Origin: Candidatus Doudnabacteria bacterium
GTDB lineage: Bacteria > Patescibacteriota > Doudnabacteria > UBA920 > 2-01-FULL-46-14
Reading direction: 5' to 3'
DNA: 64,000 nt
NCBI GenBank assembly: GCA_041497195.1
Contig: JBGQGB010000002.1
Location: forward strand, 44,140 to 108,139
Both the position numbers and the translations under genes were made by a program. Position 1 is the first letter of the stretch; every line of letters starts with the position of its first letter. This document shows positions 54,478-62,798 of this stretch, piece after piece. The notes beneath the pieces are model-generated. The model made no database searches. It saw only the letters and a program-made list of their open reading frames with translations, and was not told the DNA's origin.

Positions 54478-55899
54478 ATGCTGCAAAGAATAGGGCGAAA
54501 CGTTTTTTCGCTGGGCATCTCAAGAATTATTTCCGGAATAATTCTTTTTGTTGTTTATACCCGGTTGGTGGCGTACCTGGGGCCGCACCAGTATGGCAAA
54601 TACGCTTTGGTGCTGGCGTACTATACGATTTTTACTTTGATCATGGATTTGGGCATTTCCAAATTCGTGACCAAAAAAGTCAGCGAAGAAAAAGCTGCGG
54701 CGAGTACTTACGTGGGCAATTATTTAATGCTGCAGCTTTTGATTTCCCTGGTGGTTTTCGGCGCCTGCGTCGTTATCCCGAAAATTTTCGGCTATGACCA
54801 GGACGTGGCGCGCTCGATGTTGCTCATTGGTATTGGCCTGGTGATTTATTCGGCCAGTCTGCCTTTCACGTCTGTTGTGCAGGCCTGGCAGCGCCTAGAC
54901 GTAGTGGCAGGCATCACTTTTGTGACCAGCCTCCTCAATTCCATCTGGCTGGCGCTGGCGATTTTTCTCAAGCAAGACGTGGTGTTTATTTTTTGGGTGT
55001 ATGTCGGAGTTGGCGCAGTCAATACTCTGTTTTACGTGTGGGCGTCGCGCAAGATGGCGCGGCCGCGCCTGGGCTGGCAAGGTAACATCATCAAAGAGTT
55101 GTTTGTGTTCGGGCCGCCGTTCGTACTGATTTCCGGATTTGAAGTGCTCATTCAGAAGGTTGATTCCATCATCCAGAAATTTTTTCTGCCCTTTGCCCAG
55201 ATCGGCCAGTACTCGGCCGCTTACCGCTTCCTCGATTTTTTGACCTTTATCCCGGCCGTGGTCGCCCTGACCATGTTTCCGTTTCTGGCGGAAGCGCGGG
55301 ACCTCAAACGCAGCGACATTGAGCCGATCCTGAGCCGGTTCAATCGCTACCTGATGGTTTTTGCCGTGCCCATCGGGGTCGGCGGGTCGGTGCTATCCAC
55401 CCGCCTCATCACTGCGCTGTTTGGCCGGGAGTATTTACCGGCCGCCTTGCCGTTTGCGATTTTGATTTGGGCCGCGGTCCTGACTTTTATTTACGCTGTC
55501 CCTAATGTCATCATGCTGGTCAAGCGGACGCGGCAAATGATCGCGGTTTTGGGCGTGACCACGCTGTTCAATGCGCTGGCTAACTGGTTTTTTATTCCCA
55601 TCTACGGTATTGTTGGTTCAGCCTGGATCACTGTCATTTCTTACGTTTTGGTGGCCGGCTGCTACATCTATCTGGCCCACCGCGAGTCGTATTTCAAACT
55701 GTTTCGCTACTTTTGGTGGCCAGTGGTAGCGTCCACTCTCATGGGTTTGGTGGCCACGCGTTTCAGTTTCCTGAATATTTTTGCTTTGGTGGGTTTGTCC
55801 GCCGCCGTATATTTTGTCATTCTGATCGCGGTCGGATTTTTGCAGAAAGAAGATTTGGTTTTTCTAGCCTCCATTTTTCGCAAGGAGCCGGGCGCATGA
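54478..55899 (+). CDS. Wzx polysaccharide flippase
   Basis: 12-14 TM helices, LGP..YG.Y, DLG, G.YSAAYR, IP.YG..G.A. Confidence 0.9.
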   Translation: MLQRIGRNVFSLGISRIISGIILFVVYTRLVAYLGPHQYGKYALVLAYYTIFTLIMDLGISKFVTKKVSEEKAAASTYVGNYLMLQLLISLVVFGACVVIPKIFGYDQDVARSMLLIGIGLVIYSASLPFTSVVQAWQRLDVVAGITFVTSLLNSIWLALAIFLKQDVVFIFWVYVGVGAVNTLFYVWASRKMARPRLGWQGNIIKELFVFGPPFVLISGFEVLIQKVDSIIQKFFLPFAQIGQYSAAYRFLDFLTFIPAVVALTMFPFLAEARDLKRSDIEPILSRFNRYLMVFAVPIGVGGSVLSTRLITALFGREYLPAALPFAILIWAAVLTFIYAVPNVIMLVKRTRQMIAVLGVTTLFNALANWFFIPIYGIVGSAWITVISYVLVAGCYIYLAHRESYFKLFRYFWWPVVASTLMGLVATRFSFLNIFALVGLSAAVYFVILIAVGFLQKEDLVFLASIFRKEPGA

Positions 55900-56771
55900 A
55901 ACTTTCAATTCTCATCGTCAGCTGGAATACCAAAGCGCTCACCCTCAAATGCGTGGAGTCGATTTTTGCCCATGCTCCCGATGCTTCGTATGAGGTCGTG
56001 ATTGTCGACAATGCGTCCGAGGACGGCAGTGCCGCCGCCCTCAGGGAGCGTTTCGGCCAATCTCCGAATTTGCAGATAATCGAATCGCCGGACAATCTCG
56101 GCTTCGCCCGGGGCAACAACCTCGCTTTCGCCCACTCGACCGGCGAGCTGGTTTTTTTGCTCAATCCGGATACGGAGATTCGGGAGGACGCGCTGCGGAA
56201 ACTGATGGAATATATGGAGGCGCATCCCCAGGTGGGCATCGTGGGCCCGCGCCTCCTCAATGCGGACGGCAGCCTGCAGCCCTCAGTGCGCCGCTTCCCG
56301 AGGCTTTGGTCTTCGTTACTGGTTTTTTCCGGACTGCACCGCCTGTTCCGGCCGTACCGGTATCTCATGGATGATTTTGATTATGCCAAAGAGCGGGAGG
56401 TGGAGCAGGTCATGGGCGCGGCTCTGCTGACCCGCCGCAGCATCATAGAAAACTTAGGATTTTTGGATGAGAAGTTTTGGTTGTGGTACGAAGAGGTCGA
56501 TTTTTGCAAACGCGTGCAGTCAGCCGGGTATCAGATTCGCTATTACCCCGGGGCTAGTGTGGTGCATTTGGGGGCGCAGAGTTTTTCGCAGCTTCAGGTT
56601 TACGCGCGCAAACGCACCGTGGCGAAGAGTCTCAAGTATTACTTTCGCAAAAACGGCAGTTTTTGGGACGTACTGATGATTGAACTCGCTATGCCGGTCG
56701 TGCTGTTTGCCGCCTGGCTCGTCGACCTCTCCCAGAAAATGTCTAGCTTCAGGAGCCACCCCCATGTTTAA
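55896..56771 (+). CDS. GT2 glycosyltransferase (WbbL-like rhamnosyltransferase type)
   Basis: SILIVSWN, VDNAS.DGS, NLGFARGNN, LLNPD, DE.F..WYEEVDFC.R. Confidence 0.9.
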   Translation: MKLSILIVSWNTKALTLKCVESIFAHAPDASYEVVIVDNASEDGSAAALRERFGQSPNLQIIESPDNLGFARGNNLAFAHSTGELVFLLNPDTEIREDALRKLMEYMEAHPQVGIVGPRLLNADGSLQPSVRRFPRLWSSLLVFSGLHRLFRPYRYLMDDFDYAKEREVEQVMGAALLTRRSIIENLGFLDEKFWLWYEEVDFCKRVQSAGYQIRYYPGASVVHLGAQSFSQLQVYARKRTVAKSLKYYFRKNGSFWDVLMIELAMPVVLFAAWLVDLSQKMSSFRSHPHV

Positions 56772-58188
56772 AAAAGCGTTCTTCCTCATGCTGGTTGTCG
56801 AAGCCGCGTCCCTGGCAGCATTCGTCTACCCGCAGCTCAGCGCGTTGGTATTTGCCGCAGCCGCAGTCGCTGCTTTTGTCATCGCTTTCAAAAATTTGGA
56901 GTGGGGGATTTACCTGCTGTTCGGCGAATTGTTTTTCGGCAGCCGCGGGCATCTGCTCGATTACAAAATCGGCCCCATGCTCATCTCCGTGCGCGAAGTG
57001 ATTTTTGTGGCGGTCTTTCTGGCGTGGGCATACGCTTTGCTGCGGCAAAAAGAATGGAATTACAAAACTTATTTGGCCAAATTTGGCTGGCAATATTGGC
57101 TGCTCCTGGCAGTGGTGTTCGCGGCTATTTTGCACGGCCTTCTTGCTCACAACGGCACTGGCAATGTGGTGGCTGACGCGACCGCTTATCTCTTTTTGGG
57201 CATTGTCCCCGCGGTCTGGAGCACTGTCAGGAGCCGGCAGCAGCTCGAAAATTTATTGCGAATTTTGGCCGCGGCTCTCATCGTCATAACCCTGAAGACC
57301 TTGTTGCTGTTCATCTGGTTCAGTTTCGCCCTGGGCGGAGTCGCCACCCTCTATCACTGGGTGTTGAGTCAGAACATCGGGGAAATCACAGGCGAGGTCG
57401 GTACGCCGTCGCGAGTGTTTCTGCCGAGCCAGTTTTACGCTCTGGTCGGCTTGTTTATTTTTGCGTTTGCTTCGGAGAAAAAAAATTGGTGGGTGATCGC
57501 TGCGGCGATACTGGCGGTGATTTTGAGCTTGTCGCGAAGCTTCTGGCTGGGCGGTATAGTGGCAGCAGCTTTTGCCGCAGGCGTTTTTTTGTTTTTCAAT
57601 CTACAGGAGTGGTGGAGATTCATGAAGCTGGGCGGGGTGATCGTTTTGATCGCTGTTTTGGAATTGGCAGGTTTGTTCGCGCTCACCAGGCTCGGCGGAG
57701 GGCAGCTCACGGGGACTATCAGCAATCGCATCAATGCTCCGAGTCAGGACGCGGCCGGGAGTGCGCGTCTGTTTTTGCTCCCGGAACTACTCCAGAATAT
57801 TCAAAAAGCGCCGCTGCTGGGCCAGGGCCTCGGCTATGAAGTCACCTACACCAGTTTTTTGCCTGACAAAATCACGCCCTCAAATCCGCAAGGGCAGATC
57901 ACGAATTACCGGTTTGAGTGGGGTTATCTGGATTTGTGGCTGAAACTCGGATTTTTGGGTTTGGTGGTTTATCTGTTGTTTATTGCGCGGATTTTTCAGC
58001 GCGGCTGGAAGTTGCTCGCCGCAGTCCCGTCGGCTTTTGGGCTGTCGCTTGGGTTTTTGTGCGGCCTGGTGGCAATGCTTATTCTCAATCTGACCACGCC
58101 TTATCTCAATCATCCGCTAGGGGTCGGGTTTTTGATTTTGGCCGGCGTGTTTTTTTCCGCAGACGCGGCGGAGGGCCGACCATCATGA
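56764..58188 (+). CDS. O-antigen ligase/Wzy-like membrane protein
   Basis: Polytopic, LSLSRS.W, S..R, PLLGQGLG, YLDLW.K.G..G. Confidence 0.85.
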   Translation: MFKKAFFLMLVVEAASLAAFVYPQLSALVFAAAAVAAFVIAFKNLEWGIYLLFGELFFGSRGHLLDYKIGPMLISVREVIFVAVFLAWAYALLRQKEWNYKTYLAKFGWQYWLLLAVVFAAILHGLLAHNGTGNVVADATAYLFLGIVPAVWSTVRSRQQLENLLRILAAALIVITLKTLLLFIWFSFALGGVATLYHWVLSQNIGEITGEVGTPSRVFLPSQFYALVGLFIFAFASEKKNWWVIAAAILAVILSLSRSFWLGGIVAAAFAAGVFLFFNLQEWWRFMKLGGVIVLIAVLELAGLFALTRLGGGQLTGTISNRINAPSQDAAGSARLFLLPELLQNIQKAPLLGQGLGYEVTYTSFLPDKITPSNPQGQITNYRFEWGYLDLWLKLGFLGLVVYLLFIARIFQRGWKLLAAVPSAFGLSLGFLCGLVAMLILNLTTPYLNHPLGVGFLILAGVFFSADAAEGRPS

Positions 58189-59207
58189 AGCCGCTCGTCA
58201 GTATCGTCATCCAAAGCTACAACAGCAAACGGTACATTGAAAAATGCATGACCGGAGTGTTGCATCAAGATTACGCGAATGTGGAAACTTTGCTCATTAT
58301 CAACGGGTCCACGGACGGTTCGCTTGAATTCATAAAAAATCACTACGGCAAGCTGAAGAAGGTCCATATCTTGGAACCCGGGGAAAACTTGTTTTTCAGC
58401 CGCGGCAACAATTACGGGATCGAACACTCCGCGGGCAAGTACATTTTGGGCCTCAATCAGGATACGGTGATGGAGCCAAAGTTTGTCAGCCAGCTTGTCG
58501 CCGCACTCGAGGAGGACGCGAGTCTCGGCTCAGTGTCGGGCAAGCTCCTCCACTATGATTTCAATATTTACTCCAAGACAAAGATTTTGGACAGTACCGG
58601 GCTCGAGATGTTTAAAACCAGGCGCGTCATTGATCGGGGCCAGTGGGAACTCGACAAGGGCCAATACGACAAGGATACGGAAATTTTTGGCGCCTCGGGG
58701 GCCGCGGCCATGTACCGGCGCTCGGCTCTGGAAGAAACGAAAATTCCCAAAAAAAGCGGCGGATACGAATACTTTGATGAAGATTTTGGCGCATACAAAG
58801 AAGACGTAGATCTGTCCTGGCGCTTGCAGATTTACGGCTATCGATGCCGGTACATCCCCGGGGCCGTCCTCTATCACGGCCGTACTATCGGCCGGTCGTG
58901 GCCGACCCAGGTCATCAATTTTGTCATCAATCGGATGCGGCAGTCGCGCCAGATCCGGAAGCTGTCTTTCAAAAATCACTATCTGATGATGGTGAAAAAT
59001 GAAATACCCCGTTTGTTCTGGCGACAATTTCTGTATATCCTCGGCCGCGAGATTTTGCTTCTGATTTATACCGTGCTGTTTGAGCAGTTTCAGGTCTACG
59101 CGATAGGGGATTTTTTCAAACAGTTGCCCGAGGCTAAGCGCAAAAGACAGCTAATCATGCCTCATGCCAAAGCAGATTCTCAGCGATTGCGAAAAATTTT
59201 TCACTGA
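58185..59207 (+). CDS. GT2 glycosyltransferase
   Basis: VSIVI.SYN, GSTDGS, LNQD, SGAAAMYRR, FDEDF.AYKEDVDL.WR. Confidence 0.9.
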   Translation: MKPLVSIVIQSYNSKRYIEKCMTGVLHQDYANVETLLIINGSTDGSLEFIKNHYGKLKKVHILEPGENLFFSRGNNYGIEHSAGKYILGLNQDTVMEPKFVSQLVAALEEDASLGSVSGKLLHYDFNIYSKTKILDSTGLEMFKTRRVIDRGQWELDKGQYDKDTEIFGASGAAAMYRRSALEETKIPKKSGGYEYFDEDFGAYKEDVDLSWRLQIYGYRCRYIPGAVLYHGRTIGRSWPTQVINFVINRMRQSRQIRKLSFKNHYLMMVKNEIPRLFWRQFLYILGREILLLIYTVLFEQFQVYAIGDFFKQLPEAKRKRQLIMPHAKADSQRLRKIFH

Positions 59208-59218
59208 TACCTTGGAAT

Positions 59219-60094
59219 ATGGACCTATCCATCATCATCGTCAGCTACAATACCAAGGACAAACTGCAGATGACCCTGCAGTCCGTGTTTCAGTTTGCCC
59301 CTGTGGTATCTTATGAAGTCTTTGTGGTGGACAACAACAGCCAGGACGGGTCGGCGGAGATGGTTCGGACGTGGTTCCCGCAGGTCAAGCTGACCGTGAA
59401 TCGGAAGAATCTCGGTTTTGCCAAAGCCAACAACCAGGCTATCAAACAGTCAGCCGGGACATATCTTCTGCTTCTCAATTCGGACGTCGAGGTCGAAGCC
59501 GGGAGCTTTGACAAGACCGTGGAATACATGAATAATAATCCTACGGTAGGAATCTTGGGGTGCAGAGTCGTCAAGCCGGATGGGACGCTTGATCTGGCCT
59601 GTCGCAGAAGTTTTCCCACGCCGATGAACTCGCTTTATCTTTTCACCGGTTTGTCCGCGCTGTTCCCGAAAAGCCGGTTTGCTTCTTACAATCTGACCTA
59701 TTTGCCGGAAGACCAAATCGCGGAAGTAGACAGCGTGATGGGTGCTTTTTTGCTCATCAGGCGGGGGGCAGTAGATAAGGTCGGCACCTTAGATGAAGAT
59801 TTTTTCATGTACGGAGAGGACATTGACTGGTGCTACCGGGTGAAGATGGCCGGCTACAAAGTCATGTACGTGCCAATCACCAGGGTGGTTCATTACAAAG
59901 GTTCTTCGTCACGGAAGGCCTCCCGCAGGTCTTTGTATGAGTTTCATCGGGCCATGGTTTTGTTCTACGACAAACATTATCGCGGCAACTATAATTTTTT
60001 GGTGACCGCGTTCGTCCGGTTTGGCGTCTGGCTGAGATATGGCTTCAAAGTAATACAAAACAGCCTCCGGCGGGAAAAATACGTCAGCAAGTAG
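59219..60094 (+). CDS. GT2 glycosyltransferase (WbbL-like)
   Basis: DLSIIIVSYN, NLGFAKANN, LLNSD, DEDFFMYGEDIDWCYR. Confidence 0.92.
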   Translation: MDLSIIIVSYNTKDKLQMTLQSVFQFAPVVSYEVFVVDNNSQDGSAEMVRTWFPQVKLTVNRKNLGFAKANNQAIKQSAGTYLLLLNSDVEVEAGSFDKTVEYMNNNPTVGILGCRVVKPDGTLDLACRRSFPTPMNSLYLFTGLSALFPKSRFASYNLTYLPEDQIAEVDSVMGAFLLIRRGAVDKVGTLDEDFFMYGEDIDWCYRVKMAGYKVMYVPITRVVHYKGSSSRKASRRSLYEFHRAMVLFYDKHYRGNYNFLVTAFVRFGVWLRYGFKVIQNSLRREKYVSK

Positions 60095-60106
60095 TTAAAT
60101 TTTGAA

Positions 60107-61360
60107 ATGGAAATACGAACTTCGGAAATCAACCCAGGAAGTTTCAAGCCAGGTAGTTACAAAAAGATCTACCTCGCGTTTTTATTGGCGATAGTTTTTG
60201 TCTTGGGCGTCCAGTTCGGCCGCGCTGGTTATGCGGAACCCGGGAAGCTCGCTCAGGTCTTTCTGGACCAGAACCGGCAAAACGCGCCCAAGGACGTCAA
60301 CTGGCAGCTGCTGTGGGACGCCATTGATCAGGTCAAGCAAAAATACGTGACCCAGCCCCTGGACATGCAGAAGGTTCTCTACGGCGCCGTCAGCGGGGCG
60401 GTGGCGTCGCTGGGTGATCCCTACACGGTATTTTTGCCGCCCCAGGAGGCCAAAAATTTTCAGGATCAACTCAAAGGGGATTTCGAGGGGATCGGCGCGG
60501 AGATTGCGGTCAAAAATCAGCAGCTGGTCGTAGTCAGTCCGATTGACGGTTCGCCCGCGCAGAAAGCGGGCCTGAAGTCAGGAGACTATATCTACAAAGT
60601 GGATGGCCAGGACACTTCGGAACTGACTCTGGATGAGGCGGTCAGCAAGATCCGCGGGCCGGCGGGGACGCAGGTGGATTTGCAGGTTTTCCACAAAGGC
60701 AACACCAAGCCGACCGAGTTCAAGATTACCAGGCAGAAGATCGAGATCAAAAGTGTCAGCTATGAAATCAAGCAGGCCAACGGGAAGAAGATTGGTTATA
60801 TGAAATTGCAGAGGTTCGGCGACGATACCAGCGGTTTGGTGCAGCAGGCTGTTTCGAATTTTTTGGTCAACAACGTCAACGGCGTTATCGTGGATCTGCG
60901 CGACGACCCGGGCGGGTATCTGGAAACAGCCGTGGATGTCGCGAGCAATTGGATACCCGAGGGTCAGACCGTGGTCATTCAGAAATACGGGGACGGGACG
61001 CAGCAAATCTATCCGGCCAAGGGCACGAATCGTCTGGGCAGCATCCCCACTGTCGTTTTGATAAACGGCGGCAGCGCTTCTGCGTCCGAGATTTTGTCCG
61101 GCGCGCTGCAGGATCACAATCTGGCGAAGCTAGTGGGGGAGAAGAGCTTCGGCAAAGGCTCGGTCCAGCAGCTGTTTGATTTGCGCGACAGCGCCCAGGT
61201 CAAAGTCACCATCGCCAAATGGCTCACTCCCAAAGGACATGATCTCAACAAAGAAGGCCTGGAGCCGGATGTAAAAATCACCATGACAGACGACGACTTC
61301 CAGAATGGCCGCGACCCGCAGCTGGATAAAACCCTCGAGATCTTGGCGCCAAAGTCTTAA
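60107..61360 (+). CDS. S41A carboxy-terminal processing protease (CtpA/Prc)
   Basis: DPYT, FEGIGAEI PDZ, DLR.DPGG, SASASEI, SFGKGSVQ, W.TP. Confidence 0.95.
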   Translation: MEIRTSEINPGSFKPGSYKKIYLAFLLAIVFVLGVQFGRAGYAEPGKLAQVFLDQNRQNAPKDVNWQLLWDAIDQVKQKYVTQPLDMQKVLYGAVSGAVASLGDPYTVFLPPQEAKNFQDQLKGDFEGIGAEIAVKNQQLVVVSPIDGSPAQKAGLKSGDYIYKVDGQDTSELTLDEAVSKIRGPAGTQVDLQVFHKGNTKPTEFKITRQKIEIKSVSYEIKQANGKKIGYMKLQRFGDDTSGLVQQAVSNFLVNNVNGVIVDLRDDPGGYLETAVDVASNWIPEGQTVVIQKYGDGTQQIYPAKGTNRLGSIPTVVLINGGSASASEILSGALQDHNLAKLVGEKSFGKGSVQQLFDLRDSAQVKVTIAKWLTPKGHDLNKEGLEPDVKITMTDDDFQNGRDPQLDKTLEILAPKS

Positions 61361-61374
61361 AACAGACAGATGCG

Positions 61375-61409
61375 GCCGTCCCCCCCCCCGGGGGGGGGGA
61401 CGGCTTTTT
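61375..61409 (+). terminator. Intrinsic terminator formed by a 30-bp perfect palindrome
   Basis: GCCGT-C10-G10-ACGGC then TTTTT. Confidence 0.75.
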
Positions 61410-61523
61410 GTATTGACGAAATCCCGAGGATAAGCTATGTTTAGCTGTCTTCAGAACTTTGGGGACCCCGAGCCTCGGGAAGGGGCAAATCGAAAATTCG
61501 GGCAAAAAGCCTGAGGAGGATTT

Positions 61524-62555
61524 ATGAACTTCGGAGATTTGATGATTAATCAACTCGTTGGTCTTGCTGGATTACTGAATGGCGCTAGCGGCGTTAGTAC
61601 AATCTTGGCAGACAAGAGTGGTCTCGACACAGCCAAATACGGCTGGATGACACTGGGGCAGTTTGAAGCCCTCGGGAATTGCTTAGGGGGCGAAGAAGTT
61701 ATTCGTGGATTGCTCTACGACACACTCGTGGTAGTCCGAGTGGGCAAGACGGTAGAGATCCGGGAGGCCGAGAGGACTCTTTTCGACCGCAACGGTCGGC
61801 GCATTCCGCCTCGCGGAATGCAGGCTGCTGTCGAGGACGCAAACCCCAACCTATCCCTCACCCTGCCGCAACTGAACTTGGGTGCATATTCCCAAGTTTT
61901 TGATCGCATCCAGAAGCATCTGCGTGCCAGGCCAACTATAACTCTTGCAGAGTTTATTGGGCGCAGCGATGCCATCCTGCGTACTCTGCAAGTCAACGAT
62001 CAGCTCAAGAAAGTGCTCAACGGCGGCTATCTGCCGTTTTGGCTGCCAAAGATGAAAGTGAGTGATTACGGACAGGTGCTGGATGAAGTATTCCTGCTCG
62101 CGGTCGAGCGCTCTTACAAGGAACAGTTCCCCACGCGGCCGTTCGAGAATTACTTCAAGAAGGGCCAACTCAAAGGGGAGGTCACGCTCTTTCCCGGCAG
62201 CCGCCACGAGAAGCTCGTCGAAGCGATGACCCAAGGGGATGTGGTCGGCGTTTACTTTCCCAACTGCTTGTTGGGGTATAGCGTTGATGCTCTACGCGCG
62301 CAGATAGATAGCCTTCCCGAGCAGTTCCTGCTCGCGGGCGGGCTTGATGTTTGTGCCGCAATGATCGCTTACCCTGACGTACTGGCTGAGGGCAGTAAAC
62401 TCCTGCGCTCCTGGTTGCCCGCACTCTTACCAGGGCAGAGCGTACTGGATTGCTTTAACTTCGGCGTCCGCTGCGACTCCCTCTACTTCGGCAAAAGGTT
62501 CTCTTACGGCTCTGTCCACAGTTATTACTCTGGTGGGCTGGTCGTTCTGGGGTAG
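61524..62555 (+). CDS. Hypothetical protein, probable DGR variable (target) protein
   Basis: Own promoter (TTGACG-17-TATGTT) and SD; C-terminal NNC-rich region ending YYSGGLVVLG*. Confidence 0.7.
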   Translation: MNFGDLMINQLVGLAGLLNGASGVSTILADKSGLDTAKYGWMTLGQFEALGNCLGGEEVIRGLLYDTLVVVRVGKTVEIREAERTLFDRNGRRIPPRGMQAAVEDANPNLSLTLPQLNLGAYSQVFDRIQKHLRARPTITLAEFIGRSDAILRTLQVNDQLKKVLNGGYLPFWLPKMKVSDYGQVLDEVFLLAVERSYKEQFPTRPFENYFKKGQLKGEVTLFPGSRHEKLVEAMTQGDVVGVYFPNCLLGYSVDALRAQIDSLPEQFLLAGGLDVCAAMIAYPDVLAEGSKLLRSWLPALLPGQSVLDCFNFGVRCDSLYFGKRFSYGSVHSYYSGGLVVLG

Positions 62556-62580
62556 TCTCGGGTTTCGGGTTTTTGATTTC

Positions 62581-62622
62581 GGCGGGGGCGATATGCGTAG
62601 CATGTTTGTCCCCGCCTTTTTT
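62581..62622 (+). terminator. Hairpin with C-GTA-G loop and T-run
   Basis: GGCGGGGGCGATATGC-GTA-GCATGTTTGTCCCCGCC-TTTTTT. Confidence 0.75.
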
Positions 62623-62798
62623 ATTCTCCTTCGCCAGAGTACCTTGCCGCTTGCGGCGAGGGTGAATGGCGGGGAGAACACTTCCGTAGCTCAAAGAGCA
62701 AAGGAGGGTTGGCTTCGGAAGAATTTCGATACCACACCGCTTGCGTGTGGTTTTTCATTTGCCCGCAGCGCGGAATTCTGGTTTAATTAGGCTACTTC

